From: Octopus vulgaris
Lineage: Eukaryota
DNA: 64,000 nt
Direction of reading: 5' to 3'
Assembly (NCBI GenBank): GCA_951406725.2
Contig: OX597820.1
Location: 56,234,001-56,298,000, forward strand
A program made the translations under genes and the position numbers. Below, piece after piece: positions 53,096 to 64,000 of the stretch (position 1 is its first letter; every line of letters begins with the position of its first letter). The notes under the pieces are model-generated. The model was not told the origin of the DNA. It was given only the letters and a program-made list of their open reading frames with translations, and did no database searches.

Positions 53096-54256
53096 GATTT
53101 ATCACTTTCTCTTTGCTAATGCATTCATTAGCATAAATTGAATTTGCAAATATGTTTATACATTGTGAAGGCATGTGGCATAGTGGTTAGGGTGTTAGAC
53201 TCATAATCACTAAATTGTGGTTTCAATTCTTGAACTGGGTGGAGTATTGTTTTTTGAGTGAAATACTTTTTTCTCATTGTTCCAGTCCAGTCAACTGTAA
53301 ATGATGATTCTGTGATGAACTGGCATCTTGTTCAGAGGGAATGTTTTGATCTTGGTCACTTCCTCACCAAGGAAATTGGGTAACCAACCTTATCAGTCCC
53401 AGATCAGACACTAAGAAATGATGGATACTAAGGCATGATGTATGTAGGTAGATGAGTTTAATAGTGTGTAGTTTACTGTTTGACAGTTCAGTAGTTGAAC
53501 AAAACACCTTGTTTCATGTTGTTCCAGTCCTACTGGCTGTAAATAAGTAACCTTGTGATGAACCTGCATCCCATTCAGAGAGAATATTGTGATTTCAGTC
53601 ACTTATTTGCTATGCATAAGCAGTCTTATGAGCCATAGATTACTGTAATCCCTCACCATATTACAGTTCACCTACCATAGTTTATTATAAGCTTCTGTTG
53701 CTTCATTTAAGTCATCCTGTAAAGAAGAAAGTGTATCTTCAGCTTAGATTATTATGAGGCTCCGAGTCATCTGGATTTCTGAGGTATTAAGCGGTAAGAC
53801 TATGACTCGCACCAGAATGGAACAACTCTCTTTTACAGAGTTACCTCCCAGCTGTTGCTTGAACTTATTTTCAACTGAACGGACTGGAGCAATATGAAAT
53901 GAAATGTCTTGCTGAAGAGTACAATTCTTCACATGGTCTGTAAATTGATCCCATGAACTATTGATCATGACTCTAACGTCCTAACCACTTAGTTACATGC
54001 TTTCACAACTCTTTCTATAGGCCTCAATTATATGGAATTGTTCGTATTGTGACTGTATTTCAATCAATTCTCTCCCTATCATGTCAAATTGGATTTGATA
54101 TGAATGACCAAAAGATTAGTTGACACTTAGTATAGTTGTTCCGTTGAGGAATCCTATTATCTCTCAAAGTATAGGGATATTGCTGAAGACTTTGCTTTTA
54201 TACAGCATTTTGAAGCCAAATCAAACAACTAGAGCTATTTTATCTTTGAATAATAT

Positions 54257-54512
54257 TTACAAGAACCAAGCACCCTCACGAGCATTACCTGACACCTTGG
54301 TGAGGTGAGCTGCCAATGATGACAAGAATTTTGTGATTAGCAGCCCAGTCCTTCCAAACATCTCAAATGTTACAGGTTGGAAGAAATAATTCATTGCCAG
54401 GTCCCAGTTCTTCAAGGTTTTGTTCCATTTGGCTATGGAAGCAGTGACCCTCCCATTTAGCATAGCATTCAGGACATGGAAGGGAGCAAAAGAGTCACAG
54501 ACCGTGGCATCC
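54257..54512 (-). mobile_element. CRE-like non-LTR retrotransposon endonuclease fragment
   Basis: DATVCDSFAP...YFFQPVTFEMFG...FLSSLAAHL..VSGNAREGAWFL resembles the remembered DAT..DT / F.PVAVET.G / TGD.RE..FL pattern. Confidence 0.7.
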
Positions 54513-54982
54513 TGTTCATATTTTGAATAAAAACTATACGTTTTTCAGATTAACAAATAAAAAATTTATAGGAGTTGAGCTCCCTATTAATAACTTATAA
54601 GATACTTGTCTCTTAGACAATGCTTACAGCAATTACTGTACATATCTTAAGGTACTTAGTTATTCAGTTTCGATTTCAATGTAGTGCTAATAGGGAATAT
54701 AAACAGCACCTTAATCAGTAGAATACTTTATTGGACTGGACAATCATTTCTGTATTAAAAACCTGCAACAAGCTGCTAGATATTATATTTCTATTTCCCC
54801 ATTGTTGAATGAAGCTTCCGCATACTGTAACCAGCTTATCTATTTTGGTTATAGGGTTAACTAAATGTTGTTATGATTAGGTGGTTAGCTCTGATCAATT
54901 GCCTTCTTGCTGTAATTTGAACTCAGAACAAAGAATCAGAACAGATATTGCAACAAATCTCTTTCAGTGCTCAAACCATTCT

Positions 54983-55215
54983 TATTTCTTTACTACCCAC
55001 AAGGGGTTAAACATAGAGGGGACAAACAAGAATAGACAAGGGATTAAGTCAATTACATCGACTCCAGTGCGTAACTGGTACTTAATTTATCGACCCCGAA
55101 AGGATGAAAGGCAAAGTCGACCTCAGCAGATTTTGAACTCAGAACGTAACAGCAGACGAAATACCACTAAGTATTTTGCCCAGTATGCTAATGTTTCTGC
55201 CAGCTTGCCACCTTA
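54983..55215 (-). mobile_element. Family-A SINE
   Basis: Full-length family-A motifs. Confidence 0.88.
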
Positions 55216-57093
55216 CGGTTCTCAACAATGCTCAAACAATTCTGCCAATGTACCACCCTGGACAGGTATTTTATTGACCTCCACTCCCCCACTGCCTTGC
55301 ACCAAGATTAAAAGCAATGATGATCTCACTAGGATTTGAACTATGAGTACAGAGGGCCAGAATGAATGACACAAGGTACTTGGTATTCTATTTGATACTT
55401 TAGCAGTATCAACCAGCTCAACTTATTTTTGCTGCTGTTCAACATTCAATTTTGCGTTGAAGCTTAGGAGAAGAAATACATTTTGAGGGATGCAAATTTA
55501 AGTATATAACTACTGTGGACGCAATTAGTTTTACAACTGGATATTCTTACTACTACTAACCATTCAGCCAACTAAAGAAATATGAGTGCAATATATTATT
55601 AACTAGAAAGCATGAAGCAAGCAGAATGATACATCGTGAAATATGACTTTCTCTGTATGAAATAATATGACGTCCATTTATAATATGGTCACTAATGTGT
55701 CATTGCAGCTGTATATTTTCACAACACAACTGTAGTCCTTATCAAATCACTTAGACCTTCAGCACTACAGCATTATCACTTCATCATTAAAGCCACGAGC
55801 ACACACACAATGATTAATGGTATCCAGTTATAGACATATGACACATATATAAGCACTGCTTTTGTGAAAAGAAACAATTTAAATAGTCCAACAGAATAAT
55901 ATCAGTCTTGTTCACTTCAGCTACTCAAAGATATAACCACTTTACATAACTAGTAAACAATCTTATATCTGGACTCAATACTATCAAAAATGTGTCTAAA
56001 ACCTTCAAATTTGCCTGATGTAAATGTTGTCAACTCACCATCATTAAGAACCTTCTCTGGTAATCTCGGATCCTCAAAGACAACAAAGGTTACAACACAT
56101 TACTCCCTTCCTTTATTGCTTAATTCCCCTTTTCTCTTTATTTGTTTCTTTGTTGAATTAATTTTGAGGTTTCTTGTTTCTGTGGTTGATATCTGATTCC
56201 ATTTGGTGTTTCTAAAGTGAAAGATCACTTATATTTTGCAATAATTTAATCTTTCATGCTTTTAATTTCTTGTATCTTTTAATCAACTTCTCTTTACATG
56301 TTCAAATAAAGATTTTTGTTTTATGAATTAAATAATGATTTCAAGGCCAGCAATTTTGAGATAAAGGTCAAGTCGATTACCTCTACCTCAGTACTCAGCT
56401 GGTACTTATTTTATCGACCCCGAAAGGATGAAAAGCAAAGTCGACCTCAGCAAAATTTGAACTCAGAATGTAAAGACGGACGAAATGCCGTTTAGTATTT
56501 TGTCTGACACATTAATGATTCTGTCAGCTCACTGCCTTTTTTTATGAATTAGATGACAAAGGACTTTAAGTAGTTGAATTAATAAAAAAATAAATAAATA
56601 AATAAAATTAATCTGCAATAAAATATGAAGTGTGTGGTGTAAAGTAAAAGAATTCTAATGATTTGAGCAGGACTCTTCGCCGGAAAAAATATGTAAAGGA
56701 GTGTTAAGTGATGACCAGAGAGAGGCGAGGAATGGCATTATGGCAGAAATTAAAAAACAGTGAAGAGAAGGATACGAGAATAGGGAATACAAATAACAAT
56801 AGTCTCACACATGTAATATAATGAGTGGAAAATTTGGACCGACTGAGATTACTCAAACAATTAGAACGCAAAAAATACAAAACCTTGCCCTCTGAGTGTT
56901 TAAAAACTAAAAACAACAACGGACCAAAATAAGATTAGTCGATGGGATTCCTTTTGTTTTGTTTTGTTTTAAAAGTCAAGTGGTGAAAGAAATGAACATG
57001 TTTGAGTCTTGGTGGATCGATTCAGTGAAGAATATGCTTCTGAACAATAGGTAGGCCTGATTAATTACTATTAGTATCACTCTCTTTCTCTCT

Positions 57094-57125
<32 letters not shown>

Positions 57126-57787
57126 GGAAACCAGCTCTTTCAGAGGAAGAATTTAAATGATTAAAAGGCAGAAGAGACATACATACATACATTTCTTTAG
57201 ATTTATTTTATAAAATTTGTTCAGTAAAAAGCTAAAATATATTAGAGAGGATTATATAGTTATATTCACTTCCATATCGGCTAACTCTGCCTTCTATGTC
57301 TTCTACCATAGCCTCTTGCCGACCAAAGCCTTCTGATTGGATTTGGTAGATGGAAGCTGAAAGAAGTCCATATATGTGTGTCTGTCTGTGTTTGTCCTCC
57401 ACCACCGTCTGTTGGTGTGTTATACATATCCATAACTTAGCAGTTTGGCAAAAGGAATCGATAGAATAAGTAGCAGATTTAAAAACTATAAAAGTAATGG
57501 GGCTGATTTATTCGACTAAAATTCTTCAAAGCAGTGCCCCAGCATGGTCGCAGTCTAATGACTGAAATAAATAAAAGACTATAAATATAATACTTATTAA
57601 ACATTTACAGGAAGAGTGATAGTAGTGATTTCGAAGTTTCAGCCAGTTAGCCTTCGTCGAACTCTAAGCTACCAGACCAAAGCTTCGAAGTCACACCCAT
57701 TCCTTTTTTTGCAAAAGTTTAATAAAGAAGTACTCTGCACTAAAAAATTATTGAATAATTCCCCTGTTTAATGCAAAATTGTTTTTA

Positions 57788-58196
57788 GAGTGGCTGTGTG
57801 GTAAGTAGCTTACTTACCAACTGCATGGTTTCGGGTTCAGTCCCACTGCGTGGCACTTTGTGCAAGTGTCTTCTACTATAGCCTGGGGCCGACCAAAGCC
57901 TTGTGAGTGGATTTGGTAGACGGAAACTGAAAGAAGCCCATCGTATATATACGTATATATATATGTATGGGTGTATATGTTTGTATGTCTGTGTTGTTCC
58001 CCCTACCACCACCACCAACATCGCTTGACAACCGATGGTGGTGCATTTATGTCCCTGTAACTTAGCGGTTTGGCAAAAGAGACCGATAGAATAAGTACTA
58101 GGCTTCCAAAGAATAATTCCTGGGGTCGATTTGCTCGACTAAAGGTGGTGCTCCAGCATGGCTGCAGTCAAATGAATGAAACAAGTAAAAGAGTAT
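57788..58196 (+). mobile_element. Family-B SINE
   Basis: Complete head, body and tail. Confidence 0.88.
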
Positions 58197-58197
58197 A

Positions 58198-58418
58198 TAC
58201 AAGGGGGTACTGAAAAGTTCCTAGCTTTGGGTAAAAGAAAATACAGGAAGATCAGTTGATTGTGATTCTATTCAACGTATTCCCCTCTCAGATTCACACA
58301 CCTATTGCCATGGTCCTTCAGTTTTTATAAGTCCTGTAAAAGAACTGAGAATGTTGGGCTTTCAACCAGGCCTTTCACCATGTCCTTGAAGCCATGAACT
58401 TTTCAGTACACCTTCGTA
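58198..58418. mobile_element. Tc1/mariner-derived MITE, second copy
   Basis: Homologous to 28397-28616; TA flanks. Confidence 0.85.
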
Positions 58419-58991
58419 TAACTTAGCATAAAAATAAAAATATTTATATCATATATTATACAGAGAATACCACCGAGAGGCTTTGGATAAAGAGGGCAAA
58501 CCAGTGGTGTGCTGCTATTGAGATGCAGTCTGGGTCATGATAATCCCGGTTGGGTCAAGTGAGGGAAGGGATCTGATGTTAGAAGATCCAAAACCCTCTT
58601 AGATACTAGAAACATCAATGACGATGCATCTCGGGTAACCGCAAGATGTATTTTAAAACTGAAATGTGTGTGTGTGTATAGATCGTTTGAAATATATATG
58701 TGTGTCTGTGTGTGGGGGGGTATTGTTATACATGGGAATGGTCATATTTTGCCAATTGAATACACGCATTATATATTTGATCTTCACTTCAGCTTTATTA
58801 TTGTTATTTTTGTTTCTTTGTCAAAGCTCTTCAATGATTCACTGTCTCTTCCTGTTCTACTTATTTCATTTTTGGAATAAGTAGGACAAGAGGAGACACG
58901 TGGAGTAAAAAGTCATTGAAGAGGTCATAGGATGTATGACGAAAGAGTTTTGACAAAGAAACTAAAATAATAATAATAATAATAATAATAA

Positions 58992-59420
58992 TTTGCATTG
59001 GAAAATATGTAAACACTACAAAATCAGCACTCCTGCTTACTGGTATGAACATCATCCTGAGCCAGTTGTTGAAGGTAAAAATGTCACTATCCTCTGGGAT
59101 TTTCCAGTCAACACTGACAGAATGATCCAAGCTAATCGACCAGATATAGTCATTAAAGACTGAGAAAGGGATGTCAAAAATATATCGATAATATCCCAGG
59201 AGAACCATGTCTCAGAAAAATCCAAAAGATTGTGCTGACAAGTACTGCCCACATCCTTAGAAAAAATTCCTATTAATTTAAATGTCTGTGTTGTATTACA
59301 TGAAGATATTTTGCAACTTCCCCTCCACCAGCTGTCAGCCATACTGTAACATCTCTTAACCTTCACTCACCCTAGGATGCTGGGTATGTCTCAGCAAGTG
59401 ATTGTAACAAACATTAGGCA
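58992..59420 (+). mobile_element. R4/Dong-like retrotransposon 3' fragment adjoining (TAA)n
   Basis: LHWKICKHY..WYEHHPEPVVEGKNVTILWDFPVNTDRMIQANRPDIVIKD restriction-like endonuclease motif directly after (AAT)n at ~58966-58991. Confidence 0.85.
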
Positions 59421-59421
59421 G

Positions 59422-59970
59422 TAGCTCTCATGGCTTCTGATCTTAACTGATTGGAAGTGTTATCATGTACATTGTTTTGTCTTGGTATAAAAGCTAGGCT
59501 ACAGCAAATATTCTGCTCAATACCACAGATTTGCTCGTCAGTTGCTTGACCTTAACCAGTTGAGTATGTCCCTTAGTGGCTGACGATATGTGCATCTCTG
59601 ATCATTAGCAGAAGGAGTTGGGGAGCATCATAGCCATGTGTTGAGGGGGATTCTTTGGGGTTTGGATAATTCACCATTGGAAACATAGGTGTTTCATTCA
59701 ACATCCTTAAACAACCCTTATTCAGGGTCCTTTTGAGTGGAATGGGCTACTCGACCTGAGGAAAATTCTAACTGGGCCCCCACCTGCAAGGCTATGCGCT
59801 GTTTATTTTGATATGAGATCACTATGTCGTGCACATATGGTTTTGATGCATGTGCCTGGTGTACCCTTATCAGACGGGTAGTCATGATGGGTATACTGAG
59901 CTTCATATATTTTACCTCAGTGTCACTTTGATGCTATGCACTGCTTTCTCACTTAATAATAATAATAATA
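59422..59970 (+). mobile_element. Unclassified retroelement 3' end with (AAT)n tail
   Basis: GC-richer block ending in TAATAATAATAATAATA; family not identified. Confidence 0.4.
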
Positions 59971-60689
59971 GTAAACCTGAAGTGAAGACCAAATACATAG
60001 TGCGTGTGTTTACTTGGCAAAATTTGACCATACCCAAATATATGTTTGGAAGTTTGTAAGTGTTAGCATGTTTTTGTGTCTGTGTGTTCGTGAGGCGTAA
60101 AAAGTACTGACCAGTGAAATGACGATGGAATTTGCTTCACAGTTCATGTTGTTGGTATCAGCCTGGCAACAGGTAATAACAGATGGCTTAAGGTAGTTCT
60201 TAGAAGAAACTAGAACCCAAGAACAGATAATTGATTTACCGTTTATGAGGTACAGTGTAAGAGTTCCATATCAAGATGTTGTGTCTCATAGTTGAGGTTA
60301 ATTGAATCACTCGTTGTGTTTATCTTTCTCTTGATATGAATATACTTCCAGATGTGTTAACTGTAGCCGTTTTTTCCGTGGTGAGATTTTCACCTAACCG
60401 CTATAGCTGAATCTGTAGTTGTCTTGTGTACAAATTAAATCTTCGATGTTTGTCGATGTCTGTCGCTTGGTTTTTGCTGCGTCTTCATTATATATTCTGC
60501 TTGGTTATTTTTCTCTAGTTATAGATATCCTGTAACCGTTTTTTTCCGTGGTGATATTTTCACACTAACAGTATGAGAGGTATCTGTAACATCTTGTATT
60601 AATGGTGGTCGCCTGCCTTTCGAAACTGGAACATGGTCGAGTATGCTCTGTGTGGTCAGAGGTTAGCCCTGAGAAGGACTTGAAACCTA

Positions 60690-60875
60690 AGACGGATATT
60701 TGTCTGAGAAACCTTCTTTTATACAGTTTATTGGGCTCAAAATGAACTTCAGAAATGGAAAGCTGTGATTGGCTGCTTGGAACTATGGCGCGAAAATAAG
60801 CGGAGGCAAATCGCGTCACGTGATAACCAGCGGTGCGAACGTAGTAGAGACCACGTGTCAGCCAATCGAATTAGT
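60690..60875 (-). promoter_or_regulatory. CpG-rich Pol II promoter oriented leftwards
   Basis: Minus-strand TATAAAAG (60723-60716), three CCAAT boxes (~60730, ~60768, ~60862), E2F-like TTTTCGCGCC (60796-60787), E-boxes GTCACGTGA (~60815-60823) and CCACGTG (60851-60857). Confidence 0.65.
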
Positions 60876-60989
60876 GTTTACAACAATGTTGAACTAGCCG
60901 AAGATGTTTGTAATTTCGACCGAGGTTATTCTTAATACTCTTCTCAAACAGTGAAGATAGCAATGAGAACGATATTGCTACAGAAGCAT

Positions 60990-61335
60990 TCAATAGCGCG
61001 GATATGCGCCACCTCATAGGTTTATATATACTCGATACTTTAAGCAAGCGGTTCCCGCCAGTCCACTTTAATCTCTGCAGTAATGACGCTTTAGCCGTCT
61101 CAAGAAGCGCAAACGGGCACAACCAGGACAGGTTTAAGAAGAACCTGATTTACACGCTTAGCCCCTATTGGTTGTAAGGTTATAATGGAGATCAACCTTA
61201 CAGTAGTTAACTTTTTAGATGTTACGCTCCATTTGGGCAACCGTTCATACTTGCTCTACCTCAGGCCAAAGGAAAAGCTGTCGTATATTAAAACAGCCTT
61301 CTGTCACCTGCCTATTGTGCTTAAAAACCTGGAGA
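60990..61335 (+). mobile_element. Penelope-like reverse transcriptase fragment
   Basis: LIGLYILDTL...LCSNDAL (decayed LYRDDGL)...INLTVVNFLDVTL...YLRPKEKLSYI...CHLP; frameshifted. Confidence 0.8.
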
Positions 61336-61573
61336 AGGGTGACCGGCCATAACCAATGATATACTAAAATACATAAAATATAATGGCTCAAAAATACTTT
61401 TAGAGTGTTTTTTGTTTCTGATTTATGGACAACTGACCGGTTATATATATATATATATATATGGCTTGCTCGCTTAGCCAGCTGGGTGGCGTCGTTTGAA
61501 GGCTAAAACGATGTGAAGCACATTGTGACCAGCGATGTGTAGCAACATCCGATAGCCTGGTCGGTCACGTGAT

Positions 61574-61619
<46 letters not shown>

Positions 61620-61649
61620 GGAGATGTACTTGCATAGCAAGTGGCTTGA

Positions 61650-61699
<50 letters not shown>

Positions 61700-61759
61700 C
61701 CATGTTGATTCGCTAGCCTCTGCACGCATTTTTTTCTCTCCGTGTTTCTTTTCTGTGTA

Positions 61760-61797
61760 TCTTTCTGTTGAAGAGCGTAGGCTCGAAACGTTAAAGA
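61760..61797 (+). ncRNA. Hammerhead-like motif (A6>U core variant) in a short repeat flanked by (TA)n
   Basis: UCUUU-CUGUUGA-A-GAGC(GUAG)GCUC-GAAA-CG-UU-AAAGA: same architecture as 23422-23467. Confidence 0.5.
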
Positions 61798-61893
61798 CTT
61801 GTTTTATTTATATTCCTGAGCGCCATACTAATACAATTGTTTGTTTGTATTCCACCTGCCTTCGTCTTTTGTTTATTTTCATAAAGCTTCCCG

Positions 61894-61922
<29 letters not shown>

Positions 61923-61928
<6 letters not shown>

Positions 61929-62137
61929 GGGATACTGAAAAATTCCTGGCTTTAAGGGCATCGCAAAAGGCCTGGTTGGAGGCCCAACCTCCTGAGTTTT
62001 TTTACAGGATTTAGAAAAACTGAAGGACTGCTGCAATAAGTGTGTGAATCTGAGAGGGGAATATGTTGAATAAAATCATAATTAACTGATCCTCCTGTAT
62101 TTTCTTTTACCCAAAGCCAGGAACTTTTCATCCCCTC
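61923..62137. mobile_element. Tc1/mariner-derived MITE, third copy (opposite orientation)
   Basis: Reverse complement of 28397-28616. Confidence 0.8.
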
Positions 62138-63494
62138 CCCCACCGATGTGTGTGTGTGCGCGCGTACACTCTCACATACACATTTATAATGAGTCTATTG
62201 TTTATAGTGCTCACGTGTACACTACAACTCGTCAGAAAAGAGTGAACCAGTGCGTGAGGGTGCAGAAAGCAACAATGAATCGCGTAAAGAAAGAAATGAA
62301 AGCCAAAAGTGCATGTATAATAATCATTCTGAATACTAATGCGTTTCAGAATGAAACACAACTCTGAGAGAAAAGTGAACTGCAGGAGCGCCCTAAATAA
62401 AAGCGATGGATGGCAAGTTAGCAGAATCAGGGTGGTTGCATAACTTGTGAATGGGATATGTTATAGTATGCTTCACGAAAAATGTTAATAAATTCTTGCA
62501 ACAAAACAGCTGCACACACACACACAAGACGGACCTGGGTAAGGCTTTGCCTTTCATCCTTTCGGGGTCGATAAATTAAGTACCAATTACGCACCGGGGT
62601 CGATGTAATCGACTTAATCCCTTTGTCTGTCGTTGTTTGTCCCCTCTATGTTTAGCTCCTTGTGGGCAATGAAGAAATAAGATTCTGATATGGAAGGCAC
62701 TATTTGGTAATGAAAACAAGCGTATGTTCTTGAGTGGAAGATATATGTAGCTCGCAAGGGAGGGTGTATGAAGCTGATTGGTTCAGAGAAGCAGAAGTCG
62801 TTTTTGTTACGGGTAGAAGATACAGTGAGAAGAAGTGCTTCTGTTTGCTATCTTTGTAGCGTACTTTCACCTAATCACTTAAAAAAAAATATGCGTTACC
62901 TATATTTCACTTAACTTAGCTGATTAGAGTTACTTCCCTTGTTTCTTTTAGATTTTTGAACAGTCGTTAGTGTTCGTCTACTAATTGGTTCTGATAATTT
63001 CAATCCCAGTTGTGATTATTCAATGAATAAGTTGGCATAAATTTCATCATCATCATCATCTTCATTGTCATCATTTAACATTCGTTTTCCATGCTGGCAT
63101 GTGTTGGATGGTTTGATGCGCTGGCCAACCAGAAAGCTTCCCAAGCTCCAAATTCTCTCTTTTGGCATGGTTTCTAGGGTTAGATATCCTTCCTCACGCC
63201 AACCACGTTACAGAGTCTGCTGAACCCACCCCATTTATATAGGATATACATTTTCTTATATATTGGATATAAATTTACTTATGTATATTGCTTAATATAA
63301 AATCATACACATACACATATACATTACACACACATACACACACACACACATCATCATCATCATCATCGTCGTCTCTAACATTACGCTCCAGGTATCCCTC
63401 ATCATTACCAAACTCATTAATATCTCTTTTGCTGCAGGAATTTATTCAACTTTATCGTGAAAATGTGTCCCATTTCCAAAATCGCATTGGTCTG

Positions 63495-63765
63495 GGAACA
63501 GGGCATGCAAGCACACCTAAAATTTTTGCCGATGCAAAATCATATTTTACACCTCTACTTAGTATTCACAGGTTTTAGAAAACTGTGCGCAAAAAGGTGA
63601 TCTTTAAAAAGCAGCTTGATATTAGGTTTCTTCTCAAAGAGCAAAAATAAATAAATAAATAAATAAATGAAACAATAAGATCTTGTTTGTAAAAAAATTT
63701 TGGACCTGAATTTGCACCTCCTAAGAAAATTTCGTTCCCGAACCAGTGCCAAATGTGCAACTTCT
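63495..63765 (+). mobile_element. Dispersed MITE-like repeat; relatives at ~9490-9795 and ~45830-46030
   Basis: Shared TTTAGAA...AAAA[G]TAGCTTGAAATTAGGTTTCTTCT-like core preceded by a TGCAAAAT segment. Confidence 0.55.
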
Positions 63766-64000
63766 CTGGTCATGTTAACTAGCCTCCAATTCTTTTCATC
63801 CCCAACGTCTTTAAGTTCAGCGTAAAAAATCCCACTTTTTTCATCCCGTTAAGTATCTTTCTTTTTTTTTTTCTGGTGATGTGTTTCCTCGAGTCTACAG
63901 GAGTCTAAGTTCTTGGGAAGAAATTGAGAAAATGAGAAGTGGATTTTATGTGCATTAAATCAAGAGAATACTCGAGAAATTAGTGGAGATCGGTGTGTAG

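Larger units (their letters stand above)
56039..60693 (-). ncRNA. Putative spliced transcript convergent with NUPR1, probably lncRNA; exon 1 ~60693-60240, exon 2 from 56211 (possible donor after 56039)
   Basis: TATA-positioned start, donor ACG|GTAAAT at 60240/60239, acceptor TCTTTCACTTTAG| at 56212, donor ATG|GTGAGT at 56039/56038; both exons are TE-free. No recognisable protein. Confidence 0.35.

Noticed and set aside
60565-60819. 84-aa minus-strand ORF over the promoter
   Set aside because: Non-ATG start upstream of the TATA box, running through promoter motifs; no similarity recognised.

Overview
Eukaryotic, AT-rich, microsatellite- and SINE-dense genomic DNA. The repeat repertoire looks like a coleoid cephalopod (Octopus); this is an inference from remembered repeat families, not a search result. 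One clear host gene is present: an 81-aa NUPR1/p8 homologue (40232-40477, +). It has a bZIP/E-box-rich promoter, a 3-codon uORF and a predicted ~11.6-kb intron in its 3'UTR leading to a terminal exon at ~52078-53090. A CCAAT/E2F/E-box/TATA promoter at ~60.7-60.9 kb points left toward NUPR1 and probably drives a spliced, likely non-coding convergent transcript. Its first exon contains two copies of a ~41-nt core motif, each enclosed by a different stem. At 7.1-9.1 kb, a tRNA-Asp gene with a broken anticodon stem and a perfect 100-bp inverted copy of its 3' part flank a ~100-unit, quasi-palindromic 14-bp array with higher-order variant order. The rest is mobile DNA: at least four tRNA-derived SINE families (one apparently inserting into itself), RTE, R4/Dong-like, CRE-like and Penelope-like fragments (two with hammerhead-ribozyme-like cores), Tc1/mariner remnants, hAT and mariner MITEs, and a Helitron. 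There are also several local inverted duplications. Most listed ORFs are microsatellite or SINE artefacts. SINE lists are representative, not exhaustive, and repeat boundaries are approximate.
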